The notes: generated by a model from the letters alone, not told the origin. DNA of 64,000 nucleotides from Candidatus Kapaibacterium sp. (GCA_938084565.1 CALKEU010000007.1:115039-179038), one strand, 5' to 3'; counted from the stretch's first letter, positions 1 through 10,377 are shown. Made by a program: numbers and translations.

Positions 1-2937
1 CGGTACGTCCTCTTGCTTGGCTCGGCCACGGTGATACCGCCACAGCTGTGGCAAACACGGCGCTGGGGCATGACACCAACTGATTACCCTTATGGCTGCG
101 TGGAAGGGATATACCGCACACCGACCGATATACTCGTCGACGACCCCATCGCTGAGATTGCCGTCGGGCGCATCCCTGTAGAGACCGTGGCGGAAGCTCG
201 CTCTGTTGTCAGGAAGTTGGAAGAGTACGAACAGGGCTTTGCCACTGACTTCTTCCAACCTCGGGTCCTCCTCGTGGCGGGTATCAATGGCTTTCTCCAG
301 CAGACGGAACTCCTGGCGCAGTATTTACCCAGCTCCATTTCCCAGCGGCGGCTCTATGTGACGCCTGGCACTCCCTACTCGGGACATACTGCCGAACTCC
401 TCCAGCTCTTCCAAGAAGGCGCCGGAGTTGTCAACTTCCTCGGCCACGGGGGTGGTGGCATCTGGGAAGATGCAGGGCTGCTGCGGGATGAAGATGTCGA
501 ACTCCTGCGCAATCGGGGACGATATCCAATTGTCTCCAGCCTGACCTGCTTCACTGGGGCTTTCGAACAACGGGGGACTCGCCGAGGATTGCTGACGACC
601 CTCGTTCTGGCGCCTGACCGTGGAGCTGTGGCTGCCTGGGGCAATTCTGGATATGGATGGCTGGAGAACAGCTTCCTGCTCTCGGCAGCGCTTCTAGAAG
701 CCCTTACAACAACCGAGCGTGTTCCGCTCCGTCTCGGGGATGTCTTTCGTGCTGGCAAGCTACTCTACGCTAGCCGTGCATACGGCCTGCAGAATGAGAT
801 TGTGCTCTCAATGCTCCTCCAATCGACCCTCATTGGCGATCCGGCCATGCTTGTACGTTTGCCAGCCGATACGGTCTCGCTTCAGCCCGAACGGTGGGCT
901 GCCGCACCGGGGGAATCCATCACTGTGGGGACGTCGCTCCCCTTCGGCTCTGGGCTGGCGCGGATTTCCATCGCTGATGCGTACGGTAATGACCTGCCCG
1001 GAAGTGAGACCGTCCTGAGTCTTTCGGGGCCCAATGTCCGCTTTTCGGTGACTATTCCGCCTTCCTACACTGGCTCTGCCATTGCTGTGCGCTTCTACGC
1101 CGTTGATGTCTCCGGCCAACGAGCTGTCCGAGGGGGGATACGGCTGAGCACCGGCGCGGTCATCTTTGGCTCCATTGGCTCTATTCCTTCACCTCCCGTA
1201 CCGGGGCAAGCGCTCACGCTGAGCATAACGCTCCACAGCCGGACTCCAGTCCAGAGCGTCATGGCCATTGTGAGCCTCCTCTTGCCCGATGGCAGCACAC
1301 GCTCGCTCGGGACTATGCCCTGCCAGAGGGTCGGTCCGGAAACGTACCAGACCCAATCTCCCATTCCGGCAGCGTCAGTCGTGGCAGGGGCAGAAGTTCG
1401 AGTTCTCTTCACCGTTGTGCTCGCCGATGGGCAGAGCATTAGCTCTCCACTGGCAACCATTCGCATCCCTGGTATCGCCGATCCGGCTGTTGTAGTGCCA
1501 TTGGCCGGGGATAGCCTACGCACGGCCCTCCCCTGGTTGAAGATGGAACCGACACCCAGCGGGGCGCTCTTGCATGCTCGCCTCTTCAACTGGACGGAGA
1601 CGCCCGCCGGCAACGTGCTGGCACGTCTGTGGATCTTCCGGCCCGACGGGGTTCCAACACTTCTGGCCGAACAACGGCTGGATATTCCCGGGAATGGCTT
1701 CAGCGATTGGTTTCTACGGCCGCCTAGCCTTTTGACTCAGCAACGGCTTGCACTGGAGGTCATCAGCGACAGCCTCTCCCGTGGTGGAGACCGTCTCCGG
1801 AGCAATAACTACGCAGAGGACAGCCTCCTGCTTGCCTGCTTTGCTCTGGTACCTGGAATTGGCACAACGCTGGACGGGACACAGACGGCCTGGGTTGGCA
1901 CTCAGGGCAGCGTTATGCTCATCGTCTCGGCTCCACAGGCACCGCCGGCACTGAGTCTGCTCTGCCTCCAGACACAGCCCAGCGCCCGGACTGTCCAGCC
2001 GGATGTTCACTTTGTCCGCCTAGCCGATAGCTCCGCTGCTGTCTCCGTGAGGCTGCTTACGCCTCAGCATGTGCCAGCCACTCTCCGGCTCTGGTATGAT
2101 CCCCGGGACACCAATCTGCGCCATGGGGCGCCTGCCCTCTACCGGAAGCATCCACGGCTAGACCTCTGGCAACGGATTCCCACGCGAGAGAGCGAACCCG
2201 GCATCCTCGAAGCCGACGTCGTGCTTCCGGGCACCTTTGCCGTAGGAACCACCACTGACAAGCGTCCCCCTCAGGTGCGCATTACAGCCGAAGGGCGCAG
2301 CATCCCGGCCCGCACAGTACTGTCGGCCTACCCCCGCATCGGTATCGTCGGCATCGATGACAACGGCATTTCTACCGACACAGCCTCCATTGAGCTGACC
2401 CTCAACGGCCAATCTATCCCGGCGGCCAATTATACGGTCGTCGACACTGCACAGACTCCAACCGCCACAAGCATTAGCTACCGCCCACGACTGGAAAGCG
2501 GAACGCACATCCTCTGCGCAACCTTGACCGACTGTAACGGCAATCGGAGTGAGCGCACCTGCATCCAGTTCGAGGTCTCCACCCAGCTAGAGCTTCGCCT
2601 CCTTGGGACCTTTCCTAATCCCTTCGCCGAGGAGATGTTCGTGGCATATGAGCTGCTGGGGACGAGCAACGTCGATGAGGTAGAGCTGCGCTTCTATACT
2701 GCATCGGGGCGGTCCATCCGCCGGATGCTCTTCCCGACTACCTCTCCCGTGGAGGCCTTTGGCTTTCTGCGGGGTGGGACAGGACTACCGACAGCACCAG
2801 GATACCACGAAATCTGGTGGGATGGTACCGATGAGGATGGTCGCCCTGTGGCGAACGGGATCTACTTCTACCGACTCCGAGTACGGGCCGGTGAAACAAC
2901 GCTGGAGCGGCGAGGCAGTGTGGCGCGCCTTCGTTAA
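1..2937 (+). CDS. porU: T9SS-associated C25-family peptidase, PorU-like (5' partial; reading frame is open from base 1, so the gene starts upstream of the window)
   Basis: No in-frame stop between base 1 and the TTG at 13. Gly-rich 'NFLGHGGGGIWEDAG' and 'SSLTCFTGAF' segments resemble the His/Cys catalytic regions of C25 (gingipain/PorU) peptidases. The C-terminal ~80 aa ('FPNPFAEEMFVAYEL...GIYFYRLRV') looks like a T9SS C-terminal sorting domain. A PorV-like gene follows immediately, which matches the known porU-porV pairing. Confidence 0.6.
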   Translation, partial: RYVLLLGSATVIPPQLWQTRRWGMTPTDYPYGCVEGIYRTPTDILVDDPIAEIAVGRIPVETVAEARSVVRKLEEYEQGFATDFFQPRVLLVAGINGFLQQTELLAQYLPSSISQRRLYVTPGTPYSGHTAELLQLFQEGAGVVNFLGHGGGGIWEDAGLLRDEDVELLRNRGRYPIVSSLTCFTGAFEQRGTRRGLLTTLVLAPDRGAVAAWGNSGYGWLENSFLLSAALLEALTTTERVPLRLGDVFRAGKLLYASRAYGLQNEIVLSMLLQSTLIGDPAMLVRLPADTVSLQPERWAAAPGESITVGTSLPFGSGLARISIADAYGNDLPGSETVLSLSGPNVRFSVTIPPSYTGSAIAVRFYAVDVSGQRAVRGGIRLSTGAVIFGSIGSIPSPPVPGQALTLSITLHSRTPVQSVMAIVSLLLPDGSTRSLGTMPCQRVGPETYQTQSPIPAASVVAGAEVRVLFTVVLADGQSISSPLATIRIPGIADPAVVVPLAGDSLRTALPWLKMEPTPSGALLHARLFNWTETPAGNVLARLWIFRPDGVPTLLAEQRLDIPGNGFSDWFLRPPSLLTQQRLALEVISDSLSRGGDRLRSNNYAEDSLLLACFALVPGIGTTLDGTQTAWVGTQGSVMLIVSAPQAPPALSLLCLQTQPSARTVQPDVHFVRLADSSAAVSVRLLTPQHVPATLRLWYDPRDTNLRHGAPALYRKHPRLDLWQRIPTRESEPGILEADVVLPGTFAVGTTTDKRPPQVRITAEGRSIPARTVLSAYPRIGIVGIDDNGISTDTASIELTLNGQSIPAANYTVVDTAQTPTATSISYRPRLESGTHILCATLTDCNGNRSERTCIQFEVSTQLELRLLGTFPNPFAEEMFVAYELLGTSNVDEVELRFYTASGRSIRRMLFPTTSPVEAFGFLRGGTGLPTAPGYHEIWWDGTDEDGRPVANGIYFYRLRVRAGETTLERRGSVARLR

Positions 2938-3949
2938 ATGGTTCTGCATTCCACTGTGTCTCTGGGCGCAAGAGGAGCGCTACGCTGGGGCATTTCTTGA
3001 AATTCCGCTCGGGGCTCGCGCGCTCGGTATGGGTGCTGCCGCAACAGCTATAGCCGATGACGCCTGGGGATTCTTTTGGAACGCTGCTGGACTGGGGCTC
3101 TTGCCCGAGGGGATTCTCCTCTCGGGTATGTACAGCTCACAGTACGGGCCGCTCGGTTCCCCGCTGGCACATTACTTCCACACCGGCGTGACCCTCTCTT
3201 TCTCCGGACTCCAAGTAGCAGGGAATTGGATGCGGCTGACTGTGCCCGATTTGCGACGCTATCCGGATCTAACACGGGTGCTCTCCCCGCAAGAGCGCGA
3301 AGAGCTTGTCCGCCGTGCCAGCAGCGGGGAGTTCATCCCGAATGCAGCCGATGCGCTCTGGTTGACCCTTGCACGACTTTTCATCCTGCGACTCGATTTC
3401 GGCTGGCTCCGATTTGCCGTACCGGTAGAAGTCCCGGCCGGAGTCAACCTCAAGCTCATCCACGAACGGATTGCAGAACACAGCGCCTCCGGCATCGGCG
3501 CCGATCTCGGCCTCATCGTGCGAGTAAACCTCAAGGATATCGCCTTCGATGAGCGATGGCCGCGTTTGGCTCTTGGGCTCTTCATTCGTGACCTCGGTGG
3601 CACACGGCTCTTGTGGACAACACAACGTCCACACCGTATCCCCTCCTCCACTCGCTGGGGCGTTGCCGTGACACAACCTCTGGAAATGTGGCACACAGAG
3701 CTAACAGCCGCCTATGACCGCGACAGCCGCTATGGCACCGCTCATCACATTGGCTTCGAAGTACTCTACCGTCGTAGTTTTGCCCTCCGGCTGGGCTGGT
3801 ATACGGGCGTCTTGACCCTCGGTGCCGGCATCGATGCTGGGTTCCTTACGGCAGACTATGCCTTCATGGCTGAATCGGATGTCCAACTGGGCAATATCCA
3901 CCGTTTAAGCGTGAGCGTCCGGCTGCAACGCCTTCTGGAGCGCTTGTAA
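2918..3949 (+). CDS. porV: PorV-like outer-membrane beta-barrel protein (T9SS shuttle family)
   Basis: After a signal peptide the mature N-terminus reads 'AGAFLEIPLGARALGMGAAATAIADDAWGFFWNAAGLG', the hallmark PorV/PorQ-family segment. There is no in-frame ATG after the porU stop. I infer a GTG start at ~2918, which gives an 18-aa signal peptide 'MWRAFVKWFCIPLCLWAQ' and overlaps the porU 3' end by ~20 nt. Confidence 0.5.
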   Translation: MWRAFVKWFCIPLCLWAQEERYAGAFLEIPLGARALGMGAAATAIADDAWGFFWNAAGLGLLPEGILLSGMYSSQYGPLGSPLAHYFHTGVTLSFSGLQVAGNWMRLTVPDLRRYPDLTRVLSPQEREELVRRASSGEFIPNAADALWLTLARLFILRLDFGWLRFAVPVEVPAGVNLKLIHERIAEHSASGIGADLGLIVRVNLKDIAFDERWPRLALGLFIRDLGGTRLLWTTQRPHRIPSSTRWGVAVTQPLEMWHTELTAAYDRDSRYGTAHHIGFEVLYRRSFALRLGWYTGVLTLGAGIDAGFLTADYAFMAESDVQLGNIHRLSVSVRLQRLLERL

Positions 3950-4710
3950 TGCGAGTCCACCTCACGGGGCTGGTAGCCATAGGTCTTTTGAGCTGTGGGA
4001 CTCCCACCGCCCCCCCGCCTTCGCTGACCCTTGTTCCACAGTGGGTGCCGCAGAGTCCCGACACAGCCCCTTTCGAAACTGGAATCCGACCCTGGCCCGA
4101 TGCAGCTCTCAACGGAGTTGGGGGTATCCGACTCGAATGGTATGCTCTTGACCCCCTGCAAATCGGTGGCTACCGCCTCTATCGGGCAGATACAACCGAT
4201 TCGGCAGGCATCCCGATCAATTTCCGGGAGCTTGCCACGATAGAGTATGGCACAACGGCAGAAGACACCGCTTTCGTGGATGAAGCCGTGACGCACTGGC
4301 GGACGTACTACTATCGGCTCCATGCTCTCGACCGTTCCCCACAGCGCCGCGAAGGTCCTCCTTCGGCCATTATACACTTCACGCTGGAGCCGCCTCCTAT
4401 CCCATTGTCCCCAGTCGGCGCCGTCCATCCCGATTCTGTCGTCTTCCGTTGGAGCAACAATGTCGGCTACGTCGTCCTACGGGTCTTCGAAGTAGACTCT
4501 ACGGCTCCCGAGCTACCCGGGCGCCCAGTATGGGTCTTTGCCGGGCCTCCGCGCGATTACTCAAATCCCCGCATCCCCTACAATGCCGATGGGCGAGCTG
4601 AGCCGCTGCAAGCAGGCAAGCTCTACCGCTGGCGTATTAGCCGCATAACGGTTGGCCGTCCCGACCGGGGAGCAACCTCCTTCTGGCAAACTTTCTGGCT
4701 TCGACAATAA
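3949..4710 (+). CDS. Hypothetical lipoprotein with two Fn3-like segments
   Basis: TAATG stop/start overlap with the porV-like gene. Lipobox-type signal 'LVAIGLLSCGT'. 'GYRLYRA...YYYRLHALD' beta-sandwich-like motifs. No recognisable enzymatic motif. Confidence 0.45.
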   Translation: MRVHLTGLVAIGLLSCGTPTAPPPSLTLVPQWVPQSPDTAPFETGIRPWPDAALNGVGGIRLEWYALDPLQIGGYRLYRADTTDSAGIPINFRELATIEYGTTAEDTAFVDEAVTHWRTYYYRLHALDRSPQRREGPPSAIIHFTLEPPPIPLSPVGAVHPDSVVFRWSNNVGYVVLRVFEVDSTAPELPGRPVWVFAGPPRDYSNPRIPYNADGRAEPLQAGKLYRWRISRITVGRPDRGATSFWQTFWLRQ

Positions 4711-4722
4711 GGTGTACTGCCA

Positions 4723-5253
4723 ATGTGGCGCCTCTGTCTCTACCTTGTCCCTCTGGCACTTGTGTGGTCCCAGCCGCCGCGCGAGCTCTTTCCCCGCGAA
4801 GGAACCCCCCCGCAGCGCCCGCTGCCCTACACGGGGCTGGGAGGAGCCGCCTATTACGATCTGAGCTTCGGAGCCGGACTGACTATACCGGTCAACCTCT
4901 GGGGATATGTGCGCGTTCCCGGCCGCTACTTAGTCCCGAGCTCGACAACGCTGGTCCAGCTCATCTCCTTCGGGGGTGGGCCCACGGAATATGCGCGGCT
5001 GACCGACGTGCGGATCATTCGCGATGTGCGGGTTGACACCACCATTGTCGAGCGCGTCCTAGTGTACAACTTGGAGCTGTACCAACGGACGGGTGATCCC
5101 AGCCAGAATCCCCTCCTCTACCCTGGGGATACCGTCATCGTGCCCGGTGGAGCGTTGAGCACGCTAGAAGTCGTCGTCGGGGTCGTCCGCGACGTCCTGC
5201 TCATCCTCCAAGCTGCCATCACATTAGCGCTCTTCTTCCGAGGCGGTCGATGA
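4723..5253 (+). CDS. SLBB-domain (polysaccharide-export Wza-like soluble-ligand-binding) periplasmic protein
   Basis: Signal peptide. The 'PGDTVIVPGG' / 'YVRVPGRYLVP' beta-grasp segments are typical of SLBB domains in Wza/KpsD-type exporters. Only the SLBB part is present (176 aa). Confidence 0.4.
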   Translation: MWRLCLYLVPLALVWSQPPRELFPREGTPPQRPLPYTGLGGAAYYDLSFGAGLTIPVNLWGYVRVPGRYLVPSSTTLVQLISFGGGPTEYARLTDVRIIRDVRVDTTIVERVLVYNLELYQRTGDPSQNPLLYPGDTVIVPGGALSTLEVVVGVVRDVLLILQAAITLALFFRGGR

Positions 5254-6470
5254 AGCAGCTCGTTGCTCTTTTGCTATTGCTATCGTTGAGTTGCTCGGGG
5301 CCCTCGAGGGAACCTACCCTCCGTTTTTGGCACTTCTGGGGAGAACCTTCCCATCGCGCTGCCCTCCATGAGCTGATTGCGGAGTTCGAGCGCCGCTTCA
5401 ACTGCCGCGTAGAGCTGACGGAACTGACCTGGAACGAGGGGAAAACCAAGCTGTTTGCCGCCTTCCATGCTGGCACACCTCCCGATGTGGTCGAGCTGGG
5501 CTCAGATTGGGTGGCCCAATTCTCCAGCGCCGGAGTTCTCTGGGCAATTCCAGTCGATAGCATCGAGCTTGCTCACTTTGTCCCCTTTGCCCTTCCCGCC
5601 TGCTACTGGCGGGATAGCCTCTATGCGCTTCCTTGGATTGTGGACACGCGGCTACTCTTCCTCAATCGGACGGCGCTCCGCCGGGCGGGCTTGCCAGACG
5701 AGCCACCCCGTAGCTGGAGCGATCTCCTCCGTACCGCCGAACGGCTACATTCCCCACCGGATGTCTATGGCTGCGCTGTCAATGGAGCCGATCCCCATCG
5801 GCTCTACAAGAAAGTGCTGCCGCTTATTTGGAGCTTCGGTGGCGATGTACTCGATAGCGCTGGCCGGCCTACACTGACCCATCCCTCTGTCGTTGCGGCG
5901 CTTGATTTCTACAGCCAGCTGGCTCGCGTTGGCATTGTCGAGACGCAGCGCCAGCTCGATGAGCTCTTCCTCCAGGGGAAAGTTGGCTTTTGGATCTCCG
6001 GGGCCTGGCTTGCCGAGAAGCTGCGACAGCAACAGCCTTCGTGGGACTATGCCCTAGCACCGCTACCTGGCATTGCTGCTCAGCAGCCCGGCATTAGTTT
6101 TGCCGGTGGGCAATATTTGGCCATCAGTGCTGCATCGCCTCGCAAAGAGCTAGCTCTCCATCTGCTGCGCTTTCTGACCGCTGGGGAGCAAGCCATTCGT
6201 TTCTGCCGTCGCGTGCCCGAGGCGGGTTTCCCGGCCGATAGACGCTTCCATGCGGATTCGCTCCTCCTACAGGTCCCCTACCGACATAGCTTTGCTGAAC
6301 AGCTTCGGCACGCCCGGATGACCCCCGTCCATCCTCACTGGCTCGAGGTGGAAGCTGCACTCGAACATGCCGTCGTTGAAGTCCTCTACGGAATGGCCTC
6401 ACCCCGAGACGCACTCCAGCGGGCACAAGCGCAGCTGGAGAGACAGCTCATCAGCCAGCAATCCCGTTGA
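5250..6470 (+). CDS. ABC-transporter substrate-binding protein, family 1 (sugar type), orphan
   Basis: Lipoprotein signal 'LLLLSLSCSG'. Overall pattern of family-1 extracellular solute-binding proteins ('ALPWIVDTRLLFLNR', 'GKVGFWISGAW'). 4-bp overlap with the upstream SLBB gene. No permease or ATPase genes nearby. Confidence 0.65.
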   Translation: MKQLVALLLLLSLSCSGPSREPTLRFWHFWGEPSHRAALHELIAEFERRFNCRVELTELTWNEGKTKLFAAFHAGTPPDVVELGSDWVAQFSSAGVLWAIPVDSIELAHFVPFALPACYWRDSLYALPWIVDTRLLFLNRTALRRAGLPDEPPRSWSDLLRTAERLHSPPDVYGCAVNGADPHRLYKKVLPLIWSFGGDVLDSAGRPTLTHPSVVAALDFYSQLARVGIVETQRQLDELFLQGKVGFWISGAWLAEKLRQQQPSWDYALAPLPGIAAQQPGISFAGGQYLAISAASPRKELALHLLRFLTAGEQAIRFCRRVPEAGFPADRRFHADSLLLQVPYRHSFAEQLRHARMTPVHPHWLEVEAALEHAVVEVLYGMASPRDALQRAQAQLERQLISQQSR

Positions 6471-6924
6471 TCAACCATCGCAGCCGTCCCCTCCACTGTC
6501 GCGGTTCAGGCACGACGACGCAGCAGATAGCTCCCGCGGGAAATTCAAAGCGCAACTGTGGAGCTCCGCACAGCTCAGCAATCCAAGCCGGCATACTCGG
6601 CGCATGCCCCACCAGGAGCAATTGCTCACACTCTCGGAAAGCCACCAATAAGGCCTGAACTCCGACCGTTGAACCTGAAGGCGAGAGAGCTGCATCGGTT
6701 AGGATATCCCCCTGATAGCCGAGTCCTTCAGCTATGAGCTGTGCCGTCTCAACTGCCCGTCGATAGGGGCTGCTGAGAATCCACTCAGGGCGAACCTGGA
6801 ACATCGGGAGGAGTCTGAGAAGATGCTGCACGTATTGGCGCCCCTCGGGGCTGAGCTGTCGCAGGAGATCGGTCTCCGGAGTGCCCGGCTCTGCCAGGGC
6901 ATGCCGCATCAGGTAGAGCAACAT
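6451..6924 (-). CDS. sixA: Histidine-phosphatase-family protein, SixA-like phosphohistidine phosphatase
   Basis: The N-terminal 'LYLMRHA' RHG-type motif places it in the histidine phosphatase superfamily; the ~157-aa size fits SixA. Start taken at the internal ATG at 6924, preceded by a GAGGGAGA Shine-Dalgarno. The longer ORF to 7074 overlaps the next gene. Confidence 0.55.
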   Translation of the reverse strand: MLLYLMRHALAEPGTPETDLLRQLSPEGRQYVQHLLRLLPMFQVRPEWILSSPYRRAVETAQLIAEGLGYQGDILTDAALSPSGSTVGVQALLVAFRECEQLLLVGHAPSMPAWIAELCGAPQLRFEFPAGAICCVVVPEPRQWRGRLRWLINGIAG

Positions 6925-6970
6925 GCCATTCGTCTCCCTCAGTCCGACAGTTGCCAGAGCAAAAATACTC

Positions 6971-9004
6971 TCACGGGGCGCTTGGGGGATCTGCCGGAGG
7001 GAGGTGCTCTGCGAGGAGCTCGGCAATATCGCGGACCCGCACAGTTTCGGCCTGGCCGTGAACCTTGACCCCATCGGTCAGCATGGTCATACAGAAGGGG
7101 CAGTTGACAGCGATGACTCCTGCTCCGGTGCGCAGCAGCTCTTCCGTACGCTCGAGATTGACTCTTTTGCCTTCACGCTCTTCCATGAACATGCGCCCAC
7201 CTCCGGCACCGCAACAGAAGCCGCGATCGGCCGCCCGTTCGGGATAGCGCACCTCGAGGCCGGGAAGAATTTCCAGGAGGAAGCGTGGAGCCTCGTACTC
7301 GTCATTGTAGCGCCCGAGGTAACAGGAGTCGTGATAGACGACCGTCTCCAGCAGCGTCGGGAGCGTTGACTGGTTCAGCCGGAGACGCCCTTCCTCCAGC
7401 AGACGGCGGAGATACTGTGTGTGGTGGTAGACGGTGTAGCGCCCACCGAAGCGAGGGTATTCGTTCTTGAGGGTGTTGTAGCAGTGAGGGCAGAGGGTAA
7501 GGATTGTATGCACGCCGTAGCGGTTCAAGGTCTCCACATTGGTGCGGATGAGCATATCGGCAAGATACTCATGGCCTGTGCGCCGCGCCGGATCACCTGT
7601 ACAGCGCTCTTCAGCCCCCAAGATGCGGAAGCGGATCCCAGCGGCAGCGAGGAGTTCTACGAGCGCTCGTGCAACGCGCTGGGCGCGCTGGTCATAGCTT
7701 GCTGCACAGCCCACCCAGAAGAGGAGCTCGTAATCGGTGTGGTCGTCAGCGAGTGTCTTGATCGGCAAGCCGGCTGCCCAGGCCGCCCGATCGGCAGCAG
7801 CAAAGGCCCACGGGGTTGCATTGATTTCGAGATTTCCGTACGCAGACTGCAACTCCCCTGGGAAGTTCGCCTCCATCATGACCAAGCCGCGACGCAGCTC
7901 GACAATCACCGGGACGTGCTCAATCATGACAGGGCACTCCTGCATGCACGCCCCGCAGGTCGTGCACTGCCATAGGGCCTCGGGGGGAATGTAATCCCCC
8001 ACAAAGCGCTTCTGCAGAAGAGCCTGCTCCTGTGGGGTCAATGTCTGTCCACGGCGCTGCTTGAGGAGCAACGGCATGCGATCGAGCGTTCGCTGCCGTA
8101 CAGCGACAATAATGGCTCGTGGATCGAGCACCTTGCCTGTCTGCTGTGCAGGACAGACACTCGTGCAGCGCCCACAGTGCGTACATGAGTACCCATCCAG
8201 TATGCTCTTCCACGACAGATGCTCGACATCGGTTGCTCCAAACGTGGGGGCATCCGCCTGCGTGAAGTCAAGCGGCTCAAGGGTATTGACCGGCCCGACG
8301 CGGGCGAAGAAAACATTGGGGATCGAGGTGAGCACATGCAGATGTTTGGAAAAGGGCAGGTAGTTCAGGAAGATGAGGATGCAGCCGATGTGAAGCCACC
8401 ATGCCACTTCGAAGAGGAAGCGAGTCTGCTCAGCCACTGGGAATAAGCCAGCCAGGAGCCAAGCCACTGGGCGAACAGCTCCATCGTGGTCAACTCCGAG
8501 AGCAACCCGGGCGCCATTTTGCACAAGCAGTGCAGAGACAATCACGGTGATGAGTCCCAGAATCACGGCCGCATCCCGCTGCTCACTCGGGGGCCCCTGG
8601 AGTCGGGTAACACGCTGTACCCATCGCCGCCAGGCTGCTGCTATAACCCCCAGCAGAACAAAGACACAGAAGAGGTCCACCAGGACAGTGCTCGCTGTGT
8701 ACACTGGCCCGAGAAAGCTCAGCGACCAGCGTGGGTGAAAGCCTTCTAAGACGGCCTCTACCGCCGAGGTCAACAGAATCAGGAAGCCCCAAAAGATGGC
8801 CGCATGGAGTAGGCCGGCCGTCCGATCCCGCAGCAGCCGTTGCTGCGCCAGCGCAACGAGTAGTGTCTGCCATATCCGTCGGGGAAGCTGGTCCCAACGG
8901 GGCTCCGGACGCGCCAGCCAGAGAAACTGCAACAGACGGCTCACGTTGTAAGCGAAGATGCCCATAGCCCCGAGGAACATTGGAATAAAGACGAGCGCAC
9001 GCAT
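6971..9004 (-). CDS. Membrane-anchored Fe-S oxidoreductase with 4Fe-4S dicluster and CCG domains (HdrD/GlcF/GlpC-like)
   Basis: N-terminal multi-helix hydrophobic domain. Cys motifs 'CTHCGRCTSVCP' and 'CTTCGACMQECP' (ferredoxin-type). C-terminal 'CCGAGGG' and 'CPFC' cysteine-rich CCG motifs. Start at 9004 is supported by a strong GAGAGGAG Shine-Dalgarno. Confidence 0.65.
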   Translation of the reverse strand: MRALVFIPMFLGAMGIFAYNVSRLLQFLWLARPEPRWDQLPRRIWQTLLVALAQQRLLRDRTAGLLHAAIFWGFLILLTSAVEAVLEGFHPRWSLSFLGPVYTASTVLVDLFCVFVLLGVIAAAWRRWVQRVTRLQGPPSEQRDAAVILGLITVIVSALLVQNGARVALGVDHDGAVRPVAWLLAGLFPVAEQTRFLFEVAWWLHIGCILIFLNYLPFSKHLHVLTSIPNVFFARVGPVNTLEPLDFTQADAPTFGATDVEHLSWKSILDGYSCTHCGRCTSVCPAQQTGKVLDPRAIIVAVRQRTLDRMPLLLKQRRGQTLTPQEQALLQKRFVGDYIPPEALWQCTTCGACMQECPVMIEHVPVIVELRRGLVMMEANFPGELQSAYGNLEINATPWAFAAADRAAWAAGLPIKTLADDHTDYELLFWVGCAASYDQRAQRVARALVELLAAAGIRFRILGAEERCTGDPARRTGHEYLADMLIRTNVETLNRYGVHTILTLCPHCYNTLKNEYPRFGGRYTVYHHTQYLRRLLEEGRLRLNQSTLPTLLETVVYHDSCYLGRYNDEYEAPRFLLEILPGLEVRYPERAADRGFCCGAGGGRMFMEEREGKRVNLERTEELLRTGAGVIAVNCPFCMTMLTDGVKVHGQAETVRVRDIAELLAEHLPPADPPSAP

Positions 9005-9228
9005 GAACACTCCTCTCACAAAACCGCACCAGTGTAGACACCGCAAAAATAGCCACCACTATGCCGCCTATAGCAGCACCCCTATCCTCGGCAAGGAGGT
9101 GTTCCCACAAGCTTGGCGGCAAATACTTCGGAGGGCTAATCATATCGGCCGCTAACGCAAATCATTGTTTCGCCTCCCTACCGGCAATAGCTTTGCACTC
9201 GTCTGAGCCAATGACTCCAGGAGCTAGC

Positions 9229-9933
9229 ATGACAGCCACCACCCAATTCTGCAGCTACTGTCCCCACAGTTGGCTGAATCCTCTCAGGGAACTCGACAGC
9301 GAGGCGCAGCAGGCTTTAGCACAGGAACGGCGTGTAGAGCTTTTCCCACCCCGCACCACTATTGTTCGCTACGGGGAGCCCGTCAATTCCCTATACTGCA
9401 TCTCTCGAGGAACGGCAAAAGCGGTCCTCCCATACTCGGGGCGCTCCGAGTCGGCCGAGCTTCTCATCGCTCTTCTCAAAGCAGGCAACATCATCGGGTT
9501 GCGAGATCTCTTCGGAGAGCGCCGCCACACAGTCAATGTGGTTGCCCTTGAGGAGATCCAGGCCTGCGTGCTCCCGGCCGCCCTCATCGAACGCTACGCC
9601 CGCCAGTACCCCCAGTTCTGGATTCAAGTAGCGCAACTCCTCGTCCGTGAGATTGAAGCTCTCGAAGAGCAACTCCTGCTCCTCCACCGACGGTCCATCC
9701 GTGAACGTGTCCTGCACTTATTGCTTCTGCTTTCTCGGACCTATGGCACAGACGAGCACGGATACATCCGTTTCCCGGTGAACCCGAACACTATTGCCGA
9801 TCTCCTGCAGAGCTCGGTCTCTGCCGTACGTCGAATTTTGCTGTCGCTAGAGCGTCGTCACCTTATCAGCATCAACGGCAACCGCATGCGTATTCTGGAT
9901 GCCGACACCCTTCGGCACTTGCTGCAGAACTAG
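9229..9933 (+). CDS. Crp/Fnr-family transcriptional regulator
   Basis: cNMP-binding-like beta-roll region followed by a C-terminal HTH ('NTIADLLQSSVSAVRRIL'). The ATG at 9229 is preceded by an AGGAG Shine-Dalgarno. The ORF-track start at 9061 adds an implausible leader. Confidence 0.65.
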   Translation: MTATTQFCSYCPHSWLNPLRELDSEAQQALAQERRVELFPPRTTIVRYGEPVNSLYCISRGTAKAVLPYSGRSESAELLIALLKAGNIIGLRDLFGERRHTVNVVALEEIQACVLPAALIERYARQYPQFWIQVAQLLVREIEALEEQLLLLHRRSIRERVLHLLLLLSRTYGTDEHGYIRFPVNPNTIADLLQSSVSAVRRILLSLERRHLISINGNRMRILDADTLRHLLQN

Positions 9934-10359
9934 GGCAGGTGGCGCCGCAGAAATGTGTGAACAACCGTTACGAATGCTTGCACTTCCTCAGGGACATCGT
10001 CTCCAATACCCCACTGGAGGCGATAGCGGTGCTGCCCGTGGCGAAACTCTATGAATTCGGTCAGATTCCCACTTCCGGCAATTGTCAACTTCTTCTGCTC
10101 CCAGGCCACAAGCTGTCGGAAGAATGGTTGCAGGCTGTCTGCCGGCACATGTCCTACCTCCTCCATTCGCTCAGCCTGTCCCGGCATTTGACTCCAGCGA
10201 AAGACCCGTCCATCGGAGCGCACCAGATGTCCAGTATATAAGCCCGTAAAACCGCCACCCCGTCCGAGGAGGAACTCACCAACGACGGGAGCCTCCGAGT
10301 CTGCTCTGCTACAGCCTGCCACTGTTGCCATTGCGAGCACGAGAAAGGACCTCACCATA
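9930..10359 (-). CDS. Hypothetical small lipoprotein
   Basis: Internal start gives signal 'MVRSFLVLAMATVAGCS' with a lipobox Cys. No known motif. Last gene of the - strand cluster at 9.9-14.5 kb. Confidence 0.35.
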
Positions 10360-10377
10360 GGTGCTCCTCCGCTGAAG

